Shown here in pieces: positions 1 to 10,966 of a stretch of DNA of 64,000 bases (positions are counted from its first letter, which is position 1; the number at the start of each line of letters is the position of its first letter). The stretch lies in IMG/VR virus record IMGVR_UViG_3300045125_000165. The stretch is one strand, 5' to 3'. The notes under the pieces were generated by a model. It did no database searches and had not been told where the DNA came from. It saw only the letters and a list, made by a program, of their open reading frames with translations. A program made the translations under genes and the position numbers. This DNA comes from a virus.

Positions 1-68
1 TGGCATTGGTTTTACTTCCTTTCTTATGGCGATCGCCTATCAATCAAATAACAGGCGATCGCAATGGG

Positions 69-1196
69 TTAAACAGTTTCAGTTAGAACTTGAGCGTCAA
101 GGGTGTCCCAATCGTCATCATTGGCAACTTCGGGAGTGACAGGAGTGGCGATCGTTTCAGTTGCTACAGGTTTAGGATTGATTTTGTTGGCAATTTTTTG
201 TGCGACCTCCGAAATCTGGTCAATGGGGATTAGATTAGCGTTGCCTTTGCCATGCTTCTCGCCTTTGTAGCCCATGCTCCACAACTCTTTGCCGATTGTT
301 GCGCCATGTACTGAAGTATCGATTTTTAGCGCTTGCAGTTCAGCCATGAATGCCTCTTTTACTGTTGGCTCTTGAGATGGGGCGATCGCTGGTCTAGGTT
401 CTGCTGATCCCAAGATTTGATGCTCCACCCTGCCAGAAATAGGAATAGATGCAGTGCCAATGGCTTCGACAATTGTATAAAGCCGTCTTTCTAGCGCTTG
501 ATTAAGCTTCTTCTGAAGCATTGGATGTAGTGATAGACCTAGTAGGCTTTCTTCGCCCCTAGAGCTTATCCCGTTGATGGTTTTGGTGATTATTCTGGTT
601 TCACGATACAGAATTAATGGAGTCCCCGCAAAGGAAGATTGATATTAGCAAGGGTTTGTTGGATCTCGGTTAGGCGATCGCGTAAATAGGAAATGTCATG
701 GATAGAATTAGTGGTAAGTTCAACAATTCCGTCGTAGCCCCATTGCTCAAGCTCAAACACCTTAAATTTGAGGAGGTCTGAAGCCTTGCAAGAGCCGCAG
801 CCTTTAGGGTTGTTTGGCGCACGACAGGGTTTAGGCTTGTCGGTTTGGAATACATTTCCGTTCTTTTCGTCTCGCCATTCTACGATTTGAGATCCGTTGC
901 ATTTTGTCTTTAAGCCAGACTTACCAAATTCGCAGAACCATTCATTAAGATTCCACTCAATATTTTCGTAGGGAAAGGAAATAGCAACCTCTCTTGGTTC
1001 ACCAGCGTAAAACTTGTTCCAAACCTCTTGCACTTCTTGAGAGTTGCGACCTTTAGCTTCAAAGCGAAAGTAGTCTAGGTTCTTGCCAACTTTTCCATTA
1101 TTTTTTGGCGCACCCTTAAAGATCTTGCCGATGATATTTGTGGTAGGGCTCGCGATCGCCCGATTGTTTTGCTTGTTGTAGTTTAAGAATTGCCAT
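69..1196 (-). CDS. Gp3-like / recombination directionality factor family protein (frameshifted; joins ORFs 614-1033 and 69-521)
   Basis: ATG at 1196. After a frameshift it reads GKIFKGAPK..GKNLDYFRF, then CxG..C..C zinc-like motifs and LTTNSIHDI, resembling the phage Gp3-like family. Confidence 0.5.
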
Positions 1197-1228
1197 GATT
1201 TTTAATGTTTTAAAGGTTTTGTTGGTTT

Positions 1229-1555
1229 CTAAGAGTTTCTTAGTCTTGCCCATTTCGTCTCATCTTCAAGCTTTGCCTGTCTTCGTCTTTCAACGTTCTC
1301 AGGCTTCTTGAGATAGGCGGCGATCGCGTCAATCGTCAATGGTTTAGCGATCGCTGCGGGTGCTGGTGTTTTAGGCTTTGTTGATGGCATGGGAGGGGCT
1401 TTATACTCGTTCCCACGCTCATCAATGACAATGCAGTACATTCCATCTTCCAAAAGCTGGTCTAACCTGTGAAGGATTAGAGATAGTCTTGCAAAGCTTC
1501 CTAGCCTGATTTCATCGTTTTCGATGTATTTCAATCGATATAAGTTAGTGGTCAT
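1229..1555 (-). CDS. hypothetical phage protein
   Basis: 108-aa ORF with ATG, in the leftward operon. Confidence 0.6.
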   Translation of the reverse strand: MTTNLYRLKYIENDEIRLGSFARLSLILHRLDQLLEDGMYCIVIDERGNEYKAPPMPSTKPKTPAPAAIAKPLTIDAIAAYLKKPENVERRRQAKLEDETKWARLRNS

Positions 1556-1564
1556 TGTGAACGG

Positions 1565-1921
1565 TCAAGCAGGGAGGATTGGATGGGTATTGCGTCCTTG
1601 GATCTGCACAGGATCTAGGATCTTGTGAATAACCATATACCGTAATTGGGAAACAAAGACTAATAAATGGCTTACCTTGTTGCTAATAGGGTTTGCGTTG
1701 CTTCCTTGATTAATCGCGATCGCGTCATCATGAAGCAAAGATGGAATACCCTGAGAAGTTAGCCACTGATTTAGAAACATTGGATAGCTCAGCGCATCCT
1801 TAATGTGTTCTGGCTTTGGATGTGCTTGGACGAAGCGGATAGCGATGTCTTCCATCAAAAATACTCCTCTTTGTAACGACTGGCTTTTTCGATCAGTTCT
1901 GGGGTTGTCAAGCGATCGCAT
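1565..1921 (-). CDS. hypothetical protein
   Basis: ORF in the same leftward operon; start uncertain. Confidence 0.4.
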   Translation of the reverse strand: MRSLDNPRTDRKSQSLQRGVFLMEDIAIRFVQAHPKPEHIKDALSYPMFLNQWLTSQGIPSLLHDDAIAINQGSNANPISNKVSHLLVFVSQLRYMVIHKILDPVQIQGRNTHPILPA

Positions 1922-1974
1922 TGTTCGCGAATAGCCGCCACTCGCTTGTTATTGGCGGCTATTTCCTGCGCTTC

Positions 1975-2256
1975 TTAGGCGATATTTGGGTCATAAAACC
2001 CCGTCTTCAAACCGATTGGGGCTTTATTGCCAGTATCCTTGGTTAGCTCAAAACCGTTGGCGGTAAATGTGATGTAGCCAACACGACGGAGCCAAAAGAT
2101 ATAGCCTTGAATTTCTTGTACTGTGAGATTGAGATGGGCGGCGATCGCGTCAAGTGTAAAGGTTTTGACTTCTCTGATCGCTTGCCAGATTTGAGATGCA
2201 AGGCTTTGCTCAGCCTTGTTCATCGCAGTTCTGGAAAATGGTAATTTGGATTGCAT
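1975..2256 (-). CDS. winged-helix DNA-binding protein
   Basis: TLDAIAAHLNLTVQEIQGYIFWLRRVGYI wHTH pattern. Confidence 0.6.
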   Translation of the reverse strand: MQSKLPFSRTAMNKAEQSLASQIWQAIREVKTFTLDAIAAHLNLTVQEIQGYIFWLRRVGYITFTANGFELTKDTGNKAPIGLKTGFYDPNIA

Positions 2257-2411
2257 ATATAATGTCCCTTGAGTGACTGTTGGTTACTTCGGAAGGCGAT
2301 CGCTCTTGGTTTTCCAGACTTAGGGTGCGATCGCCTTTCCTTGTCTCTTAATATAAACCATGTGTTTATAGTTTGTCAACTATTAATTTATAGATTGCAA
2401 ATTATAAAATT

Positions 2412-2699
2412 ATGGATTATGATCGTAAACACGTTCTATATTTAAGGAGTCCCATGAATAAGTCCCCGTTTATGCGTGTTCGCAGGGTTCAAGAGGTTGA
2501 AATTGAAGGTCTAGAGCAAGCTTTGCTTGAAGCGCGTGAAAAGTCTCGAAAGTCGCTTGCCTCTATTTGTAGAGAGGTTGGTATCACTCCTGTCTATTGG
2601 TACAAGCTTGTTTCTGGTAAACAGGACTCAATACCAGAAGAAACCCTAAACAAGCTTGGCAATGCTCTAGACATTCAGTTTGAGATTGTTTTTGACTAG
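2412..2699 (+). CDS. XRE/Cro-CI-like HTH regulator
   Basis: SLASICREVGITPVYWYKLVSGK HTH. Divergent from the leftward operon, as in an immunity switch. Confidence 0.75.
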   Translation: MDYDRKHVLYLRSPMNKSPFMRVRRVQEVEIEGLEQALLEAREKSRKSLASICREVGITPVYWYKLVSGKQDSIPEETLNKLGNALDIQFEIVFD

Positions 2700-2862
2700 G
2701 TAGGCGATCGCCTCTAAGTTCGCCACAAAGATTTTACGTCAGTTATTTCCATTTACTGTAAATGGTTTCCTAAAAGCGGAAATTATTAAAAACAAAAAAA
2801 ACGGCTTCGCGATGTCTTCAGCATCCAAGCCAGTACACCTAAACCTTGAGGACAGGTACACC

Positions 2863-3714
2863 ATGTCTAATCTACAGCTATTCGCTTTCAACAATCAATC
2901 TATTCGCGTTGTAACTATTAAGGGTGAGCCTTGGTTTGTCGCCAAGGATGTTTGCCAAGTTTTGACTATTGCAAACATTGGTGATGCTTTAGGTCGATTG
3001 GATAGTGACGAAAAGGATGAGTTAACAGGAGAAAGCCTCATCGGTTTAACCGATGATCTAAATACAGTAAGGCTTTCAGTTATTTCAGAGTCTGGGCTAT
3101 ATTCTTTGACCTTAAGCTCTCGCAAGCCTCAAGCCAAAGAGTTTAAGCGATGGGTTACCCATGAAGTACTACCCGCTATCCGTAAAACTGGCAAGTATGA
3201 AATTAAGTCTCAATTCACCCCATCATTGCCCCAAGATTACGAAGAAGCAGTAGTCGCATTACTTGGACAAATCCGAGAGAAGAAAGCACTTGCCGCAGCG
3301 AACCAACAGCTTGAGCAAGAAAAGCAAGAACTAACTACAGCGATCGCCATTGTTAAACCTAAAGCAGAGTTTTATGACATCTACGTTAGCCGTGACGGAT
3401 GGCTCACAGGAGAACAGATTGCTAAACAGCTTTCAGTATCTACTCGCAAGATGTTTGATGTTTTGCGTGGTGAAAAGGTGATTTATTATCGCTCTGGTAA
3501 AAACTTTCCTTGCGCTGATTGGGTAAACAAAGGATGGGCAACTATGCGTCCTGTCCGTTGCCACGACGAAATCATGCGAAATAATTTGGTGTTTTCCCAC
3601 AAAGTTATTATGCAAATTTTTGACCTATTGCAAAACAAGGGACTCATCGACAAGGATCGTCAGTACAACATTCATTTTCAAACCGATGAGCCAAGGCGTT
3701 TGAAAATGGCATAG
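2863..3714 (+). CDS. BRO-N + antirepressor (ANT/KilAC) protein
   Basis: FAFNNQSIRVV..EPWFVAKDVC..ISESGLYSL..SRKPQAKEFKRWVTHEVLPAIRKTG, followed by the ANT C-terminus KPKAEFYD. Confidence 0.9.
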   Translation: MSNLQLFAFNNQSIRVVTIKGEPWFVAKDVCQVLTIANIGDALGRLDSDEKDELTGESLIGLTDDLNTVRLSVISESGLYSLTLSSRKPQAKEFKRWVTHEVLPAIRKTGKYEIKSQFTPSLPQDYEEAVVALLGQIREKKALAAANQQLEQEKQELTTAIAIVKPKAEFYDIYVSRDGWLTGEQIAKQLSVSTRKMFDVLRGEKVIYYRSGKNFPCADWVNKGWATMRPVRCHDEIMRNNLVFSHKVIMQIFDLLQNKGLIDKDRQYNIHFQTDEPRRLKMA

Positions 3715-3775
3715 CGATCGCCCCTCTCCTTTCGCCAAAAAAATCACGCAACTTATCCCCAATTTCCGTAAATGG

Positions 3776-3814
3776 AAAAAGCCCCACAAAGCTAGATGCG
3801 ATGTGGGGCTTTTT
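3776..3814. terminator. bidirectional intrinsic terminator
   Basis: AAAAAGCCCCACA...TGTGGGGCTTTTT between convergent genes. Confidence 0.8.
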
Positions 3815-3828
3815 AGATAGATTAAATC

Positions 3829-4524
3829 TTAAACCCGAATATATCGCGCCGCCTTCTTCATAGCGGACTCAATATCAAGGTAATCAACCATGACGTAATC
3901 AGCAACCAACTCCTCAAACTTGGCAACCCTGCGAAGAAAAGCGTCATTTAAGGTATTTCGATAACCAGTATCTTTATGCTCAGCCTTGTAAGCTTTGTAA
4001 TCTGACTCAAGACCGCAAGCCCTGTAGGTCTGCAAGGTGATGTAGCCATAGTTCAACTCATGCCCACGATCAATCAACACCTTGACGGCATCAGTAAGCG
4101 ACCTACGGTAAAACTTGCCTTCCTGACGTTCTTTAAGCCAGTTTTGACGATCAATCTCTTCAAACTTAATCCCAAAAGCATCGCAAAACAGTTGATACAA
4201 CCCAAGCCCTACCAAACTTCTTTGCAATGAGATGGCAGATTGGTTCCCACGCAAAGCGAGTTCAAGCGTAACAATCTCAAACTGCGGTAGCGTCAAAATA
4301 TTTACCGCTTTTGGGTGTAGTTCGGATTTGGTCTTGGCGAATTGAAAATCTTTGCCCAGTAAAGCTTTCATGTCTCTAGAGGCATGATCTTTGGCGAATT
4401 GAAACAGGTTTGCAACTTGTGGAGCCGCGATCGCAAAACTGCCATCTGGCATCATCAACCCGTCAATGGTGAGATGTCCGATCTGGACTTTGGCGACAAC
4501 AGCCTTTATAGTAGTATTTGTCAT
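3829..4524 (-). CDS. P63C-like phage regulatory DNA-binding protein
   Basis: N-terminus IKAVVAKVQIGHLTIDGLMMPDGSF, paralogous to 51513-51917. Confidence 0.5.
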   Translation of the reverse strand: MTNTTIKAVVAKVQIGHLTIDGLMMPDGSFAIAAPQVANLFQFAKDHASRDMKALLGKDFQFAKTKSELHPKAVNILTLPQFEIVTLELALRGNQSAISLQRSLVGLGLYQLFCDAFGIKFEEIDRQNWLKERQEGKFYRRSLTDAVKVLIDRGHELNYGYITLQTYRACGLESDYKAYKAEHKDTGYRNTLNDAFLRRVAKFEELVADYVMVDYLDIESAMKKAARYIRV

Positions 4525-4621
4525 TTGTCTAGGTTAGATAGATAAGTGATTAAGTCTGATCGCCTCTTTGTATTTCGCGATCAGCTATTAATATTTTACC
4601 AGTTTCGGTAAACGGAAAACC

Positions 4622-4654
4622 AAAAAGCGCCATACGTGTTGTATGGCGCTTTTT
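4622..4654. terminator. intrinsic terminator
   Basis: AAAAAGCGCCATAC-GTGTT-GTATGGCGCTTTTT. Confidence 0.8.
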
Positions 4655-4662
4655 GGTTGAGG

Positions 4663-5151
4663 TTAAGTGCGATCGCCTATGACCAATAAAAAAATCGCCT
4701 CGTTGGTTTGCAAAGTTGGGAGGCGATCATTTTGCGCGGGTGCTTGCATTGCGATGTCAAGTAGCAGCGTCCTGACTTGTTTAGCTACTTCAGAATCTCG
4801 TAGCAACATACCAAGGCGTAAAGCGGCGCGTGGTGTCCAAATAGTCAGAGACGGGGTTTTTGATGTTGTGTCAACCAAAGACACAACATCCTTCAACTCT
4901 TTACCCTTCACAACTTTCAGTCCATCAGATACAAATTCATCACGGTTGTTTTTGATGGCACTTTGTACAGTGTCTTCCGAGACTTCATAGTAATCAGCCA
5001 ATTGCTGCGTAGTCGCCACACCCGTTCCTTGCCACATTGCCATGACTAAAGATTTAGCCTTGTTTAAATGGTCAAGAGCAGCATCTTGAGTGATGCTAGA
5101 CAGCTTTTCGTTACGGGCGGAGACGCTTTCAAGTAAAATAAGATCGTTCAT
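4663..5151 (-). CDS. ORF6N-like antirepressor-type DNA-binding protein
   Basis: TTQQLADYYEV...NNRDEF..DG..WTPRAALRLGMLLRDSEVAKQVR. Confidence 0.55.
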   Translation of the reverse strand: MNDLILLESVSARNEKLSSITQDAALDHLNKAKSLVMAMWQGTGVATTQQLADYYEVSEDTVQSAIKNNRDEFVSDGLKVVKGKELKDVVSLVDTTSKTPSLTIWTPRAALRLGMLLRDSEVAKQVRTLLLDIAMQAPAQNDRLPTLQTNEAIFLLVIGDRT

Positions 5152-5289
5152 GTTGCCTACCCTATTTAGGTAATATGTGAATAAAGCCCGATCGCCGCTT
5201 CAAAACTTGCGATCGGCTACCTAATATTTTACCATTTTCGGCAACTGGGAATTATGATATAATCGCGCCTAGATGTTCAGTACAAAACG

Positions 5290-6216
5290 ATGTCCAGTGC
5301 AGTCTTAGATCGCATTCTCGCTATCCCTGATTTTGACGATCGCCCTCAGATGGGATTGTCGCGATCGGGACTTGCTGCATTGGTTGAACGTGGCGGTATT
5401 ACCAAGGATGGCACTAAGGCTAAATCATCGGTTTTGGAGCGTGCAGGGATTAAAGGCGATCGCCCATTACCATCCTTGTCAATGGACACAAAAGGATTAA
5501 GCAAGAGAGAAACCAAGAAAAAGACAGGGAAACTGCTTAGAGATATTCGTAACAATAAAGTCGCGATCGCCACGATACAAGGCAAAGGTAAACGGGCTTA
5601 TACTCGCGTAAAAGGAGAGAAAACCCTTCTCCAAAAACGCGCCATGACCGATCGCGACATCGCTAGAAATGCTGGGATTGCAGCAGCAAAACTTGAATCT
5701 CAAGGTCAAATCAATTTGTTTAATCAGCCTAAGCCATCGGCGGCAGCGATCGCGCCTGATACTGCGAAGAAAGTTAAACGTGCGATCGCGGGTGTGAAGG
5801 GCGGTAAGGTTACTAAGGGACAAAAGCCAGTATCAGGGCGTGTGGTTGAGTCTGGTAAAACTGGTAAAGACGGGTTTACTAAGGCGTTTGTATCTATTCC
5901 ATTGCAAAGCCGTAAAAATAAATCTGGGGTAGCGTTAGGAGAACCGATGAAAGGAGAAAAGATTGGCGATTACCTTGTTTCAGGTGATTCTAAATATGGC
6001 TATTCTGTAACTCATATCCCTTCAGGGTTTTCCGTTTTAAATTCCAGCATCTTAAAAGGTGAGCTAGGCAGTGACAATAAAGAAACAGCTAAATTAGCAG
6101 CCAAAAAGCTTAACGAAGCTAAAATTCCATTACCAAAAACTTTCCACAAAATGAAAAACTCTAAGCAGCCTAAAATTCAAGAACTAGGGCGCAAAGTCTT
6201 GACTGCCATCAAATAA
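5290..6216 (+). CDS. highly basic hypothetical protein
   Basis: Intact 308-aa Lys/Arg-rich ORF downstream of TATAAT at 5258. Confidence 0.7.
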   Translation: MSSAVLDRILAIPDFDDRPQMGLSRSGLAALVERGGITKDGTKAKSSVLERAGIKGDRPLPSLSMDTKGLSKRETKKKTGKLLRDIRNNKVAIATIQGKGKRAYTRVKGEKTLLQKRAMTDRDIARNAGIAAAKLESQGQINLFNQPKPSAAAIAPDTAKKVKRAIAGVKGGKVTKGQKPVSGRVVESGKTGKDGFTKAFVSIPLQSRKNKSGVALGEPMKGEKIGDYLVSGDSKYGYSVTHIPSGFSVLNSSILKGELGSDNKETAKLAAKKLNEAKIPLPKTFHKMKNSKQPKIQELGRKVLTAIK

Positions 6217-6257
6217 AAAGCTCCCGATCGCCTTTCAACAACCACAAGGCGATCGCA

Positions 6258-7207
6258 CTAAACATTATCACCATTCTCAACCCAGCCACTAGCAATAAAA
6301 TCGGCGGCTAGGAGTTCTAAAACCTTACCCCATGCCACAGCCTCATTGTCATGGGTCACGCCCATCTGCTCTAAGATTTCTCTAGCTTGTGCGACAGTCT
6401 CAAAAGCATCGCTAGACATCACAACTTTAAACTTCACCCATTGAACGCGGGATGAAACTTGATTAACATCGTCAAGTCCATCTTCACCTTCAACCTCGCC
6501 ATCAAAGCTTCGTATAACTGCCATTGCTTTTTACTTAACTGCACATTTAGCGGATAAGTCACCAACGACTCATCAAACTCTACTTCCTCAATATCCCCAC
6601 TAACTTCCCTGCGATCGCGTTCCTTTAAAACCAAACTCTTAAGGCGATCGCCTATCTCCACATCATCATCAACCACAGGACTAAGCTTAAATCGCGATAG
6701 GAGGCGATCGCGTTCCTCGACAGCATAACCAGTCGCTTCAAGGTTAAGCTCATTCATACGGGCTAAAATCTTGGCAACTTTAGCTTCATCATCCTGACCG
6801 TCAGCAGTATTTAAAGCCATTAATATTATTTTGTGGTCGCGATCGCTTTTATCAATCACCAACACTGGTATCTGAAGCCAATACTTAGGCGCAAATCTAA
6901 CCTTAGCTTTGCTTAATTCATCCTCAGTAAGCTTGCCTTGATGGGCGTTGACATAGCGATCAAACTGCTCTTGAAACCATTCTTTCCCCTTCTGGACTAA
7001 ATACTCGCAAGCCATCACCCGACCATGTCCCCCTGAAAGCAATCCATTTCGCTTGTTAAACGTGGGTAACTTCTGCCAATCGTAATGCAATAGCCTAATT
7101 GCCAATGATGGGATATCGCCTTTATGGATTCTAGGATTATCAGGATCTAGGGCAGTCATTAGATCGGATAGCGATCGCTGCTCTACATTTGGTTTCGGTT
7201 TCGCCAT
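6258..7207 (-). CDS. ParB N-terminal-like protein 1 (frameshifted)
   Basis: DPDNPRIH...LLSGGHGRVMA ParB/Srx-like motif; continues into ORF 6258-6524. Confidence 0.6.
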
Positions 7208-7358
7208 AGGGAATCACGGTATTTATCAGAATTCTACCATTACCTGTTTTCGTAAGCGGTAATGGGATTGGATAGGCGATCGCTTACTAACTATCATTCA
7301 AAAGTTAAAACGCTTCTACGTTGCAGATTTCAAGGGCAAAATTAACTCAAGAAAATAG

Positions 7359-7388
7359 TTGACAAATTAGAATAATGTAAGTTATATT
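7359..7388 (+). promoter_or_regulatory. sigma70-type promoter
   Basis: TTGACA-N18-TATATT upstream of 7420. Confidence 0.75.
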
Positions 7389-7419
7389 AATAGAGTCAAA
7401 GGTTAAAGGAATTAAGGAA

Positions 7420-7662
7420 ATGACCGAACTAGAATTAGCGAAAGAAATCAACAGCACCGCAGAATATCATTTGAATTGCGCTAGAAAACAAGAGCTTTTA
7501 ATTGGTCAAACCAAGCTAGGTACATTGAGATTGAGCTACGAGAACAAGATTTATGAGTTGGTTCAATGTGGCAATCCATTGGTAGAACCTAGAGTTGTCG
7601 CTGCTGGGGCGAAGAAGATTGTAAAAGAAGCTCTGATGAACGCCTATCAAATTATTTTGTAA
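7420..7662 (+). CDS. small hypothetical early protein
   Basis: ATG preceded by AAGGA RBS, after a strong promoter. Confidence 0.7.
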   Translation: MTELELAKEINSTAEYHLNCARKQELLIGQTKLGTLRLSYENKIYELVQCGNPLVEPRVVAAGAKKIVKEALMNAYQIIL

Positions 7663-7746
7663 CTCAAAACTAAAATGCGATCGCCTTGACTGGAACTCAA
7701 GAGCGTTCGCCCCTTCCACTAGTAAACATTACCCAAGTAAAAAGCA

Positions 7747-7950
7747 ATGACCAAAGATGTTGAAACCCGCAAATTATACGAGGCGATCGCCGCCATGTTC
7801 AACTTAGAAGCCAGTGATATTGATGGTGACGAGTTTTCTGAAGCTTTCACCTTAGAGCAACTGGTAATTCTTCAAAAGAAATCACCAAGGCGATCGCGCG
7901 TAAAGTATTGGATTAAGCCTTTTATTCTCCCTACGATTACCAATTACTGA
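7747..7950 (+). CDS. hypothetical protein
   Basis: ATG ORF in the operon. Confidence 0.45.
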   Translation: MTKDVETRKLYEAIAAMFNLEASDIDGDEFSEAFTLEQLVILQKKSPRRSRVKYWIKPFILPTITNY

Positions 7951-7963
7951 AACGAGAAAAACC

Positions 7964-9450
7964 ATGTTTGAGCCAGAAAATCAGTTTTACCCAACACCCA
8001 AGGCTGATCGCGGAAAAGATGATCGCGCCATACATTAAAACTTATAGAGAACGTATTCATAATGATATTTTTGCTTCCACTAAATATCTGAGCATTAATT
8101 ACCCTGTATTAGAGCCAAGTGCGGGCAAAGGAGATCTTTTAGATTCAATCAAAGAGATCAATGACTCTAACCGTAGGAATCAGGGAGATTTGTACGCGAT
8201 CGAGCTAGATCCCGAATTGCGGATGATTCTCAACGAAAAAGGCTACACCGTATTGAGCGCTGATTTTCTAGCCTATGACGACCCTCTAGAGTTTGGGTTT
8301 ATCATCATGAACCCGCCTTTCAATGAAGCCGACAAGCATATCACCCATGCTTGGAAATTCCTTAAGGCTGGCGGCGAACTCGTAGCGCTGTGCAACTCTG
8401 AAACTGTGCGGAACCCATGCGACAAAACCCGTCAACTATTGGCTAACTTGATTGATGCTCATGGGACAGTGGAGCATTTAGGATCGTGTTTGCCGATGCC
8501 GATCGCCCCACGAATGTAGAAATTAGCTTGATTAGGTTAACTAAACCAGAGAAAGAACAAGAAGAAATTGAATTTGATGCTAGTGCATTTAAGCGTGACT
8601 ATATCACCGATGAAGAATTTAGCGCTAACCCATTAGCTCACGCTGACTACTTAACCGCCTTGGTTGCTCAGTACAAGAGTGCTGAGAAGTTAATCATTGA
8701 GCGTCAACGTCTTTCCAAACAGTTAGATTTTTATCTAAAGGGCATCAGTGATGACTATAGCTCGGACAAGAAGGCGATCGCCAAAGTACCATTGGAAGAC
8801 GAAATTTATAATCTCAAAGGTAGATTCTGGAACACGGTATTTACTAAGGCTAAGATTGCCTCAAAACTAACAGGCTCATTCAAGTCTGGTTTTGAGGACT
8901 TCCGTAGGCAACAGAAAAATATGGCTTTTTCTGTTGATAATATCAAGAAATGCTACTCATGTTTTTTGCCAACTATGAGCAAATTATACTTAATTGCTTA
9001 GTTGAGATCTTTGACAAACTCACGGCGTTCTGCGAAGAGAATAAAGTCCATGTGGAAGGATGGAAAACCAACAAGGGCTACAAACTCAACAGCAAGGTTA
9101 TCTATCCCTATGGGGTACGTTATGACACCTATGGAAAGTATGGATCGTTTAAATGCTATGGCACAAGCGAAATCCTAACCGATATCGACAAAACCCTTTG
9201 TTGGTTGGAGGGTAAGAAGTATGAAGAGATGGGGAACTGGGAGTGTACCTATTCTGCACTAGATCGTCAATGCGATCGCGCTAATCGTGGTGAAGTCAGC
9301 TATCAAGATAAATTCTACTCGCGATACTTTGAGATGCGTATGTATAAAAAAGGGACTTTACATCTAACTTTCCGAGATAAAAAGCTACTGAATGAGTTCA
9401 ACATCAAGGCGGCGCAAGGTAAAAAATGGATTGGAGGTGAAGGGTATTAA
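7964..9450 (+). CDS. N6-adenine DNA methyltransferase with DUF4942-like C-terminus (split into 3 ORFs)
   Basis: QFYPTP, VLEPSAGKG (motif I), IIMNPPF (motif IV), C-terminal YFEMRMYKKGTLHLTF. Confidence 0.8.
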
Positions 9451-9520
9451 CAAAAAGCGCGATCGCCTAGCAGTTGAAGAGAAACTAGGCGATCGCGCAA
9501 CCATCGGTCAAAGGTTATCA

Positions 9521-10394
9521 CTACTCCACTATACCAGCTTCCTTCTTGGCAAAACTCAAATCATCGGGAAAAGTCTCTTGCAACCCTTTCCAGAACGCAT
9601 CAGCATCCTTATCAATTCCGTTATCCTGCTTCCATTGCTTCCACTTTTTCCAATCAGCCCAAGGCAGGGCAAGATTTAAAATTTTGGGTACATACACTTC
9701 CTTAACTGGTAACTCATAATCATCATCAGAATCATCAAGATTTGAGACAGTAACGGGCATCTCTCCCTTGTACTCATCTTTATCCCTAACAGAATAATCA
9801 GTGGCATCAGGACGCTCAAAATATTGCTTGTCTTGATAATCGTTCTCGTTTGGGATATCGGCGGCATAGGTCGCGATCGCCTGTTTAACTTTGGCACTGA
9901 AACCAGCGATCGCTGCGATCGTCCTCATCTAGTCCAGCCAGCAATTTGTTAACCTTGTCAGGATCATCCACACCAAAAGCTTTTTCTGCGTTCAAACCCA
10001 AATTCATCGCAGCATGGTCATCTTCGATCAAGGTCGTGGCGATGATGCTCACCTGATTCCAATATAGCGGCGAGTACCTTTCTTCATCCGCTTGACTAAT
10101 GCCTTTCTCTTTGGCGAATTTTAGTTGTAAAGCAAACCAGTCAGGCGATCGCTCTGACAACCATTTAGCCGCCAATACTCTGCCATGACCATCGACAATG
10201 CGATTAAGTTTCTGGTTATAGGTAACGTGTTCGCACCATCCAAGGGCAAGCAGTCTCATCGCAAGGTCTTCTAAGTCGAGTTCTAGGCTATGAGATCGGG
10301 CGTTGTCTTCGTAGAATGCGTTGAGTGGGTCTTCTAGGGGTAGAAAACCTGTTTGGACTTTGGAGGATCGGGAGAGGGAATATATTTCTGGCAT
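9521..10394 (-). CDS. ParB N-terminal-like protein 2 (frameshifted)
   Basis: DNARSH...RIVDGHGRVLAA; paralog of 6258-7207. Confidence 0.65.
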
Positions 10395-10538
10395 AGAGGC
10401 GATCGCGTAATATATCAGGATTCTACCATTACCAGTTTTCGTAAGCGGTAATGAGGTTGGACGGGCGATCGTACACTAACTAAGTCAAAACGCCTCTACG
10501 ATGCAGATTTCAAGGGCAAAATTAGTTTTAAAAAGTAG

Positions 10539-10567
10539 TTGACAAACTAGAATAATATTGTTATAGT
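10539..10567 (+). promoter_or_regulatory. sigma70-type promoter
   Basis: TTGACA-N17-TATAGT with extended -10 TG. Confidence 0.8.
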
Positions 10568-10607
10568 TAAAAGTGTTAAAGGTTAATAAATTAAAGGAAT
10601 TAAGGTT

Positions 10608-10832
10608 ATGGCTACTACAAACGTTCTAGACAAGGTAAAAGCAAGGCTCACCACAAAAAGCGAGAAAGCGATTGCAGATAAGGCGATCGCGATCGGTTCA
10701 AAAGTTACTTTAAAAGGTGGTTCTGCACTTGTTCAAGATCTTTATCTAAACGAGTTCACTGGTGAATGGCAGATGGATATCTGGCTTAAAGGTACTTTCA
10801 TTAAAAACGTTTCTGTACTAAAAGCGGTTTAA
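10608..10832 (+). CDS. small hypothetical early protein
   Basis: ATG with RBS after the promoter. Confidence 0.65.
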   Translation: MATTNVLDKVKARLTTKSEKAIADKAIAIGSKVTLKGGSALVQDLYLNEFTGEWQMDIWLKGTFIKNVSVLKAV

Positions 10833-10966
10833 AAATAATGCTATTAAAAGCACTTCCAGAAAGCGCCATATATACCGATCAATATGGTCGCGATAGTTAC
10901 GCTTGAAGATGCCAGATTTGCGTATGTAGACAATTCAAAGTTTGAGCGATGCTATGTAACTGATTC

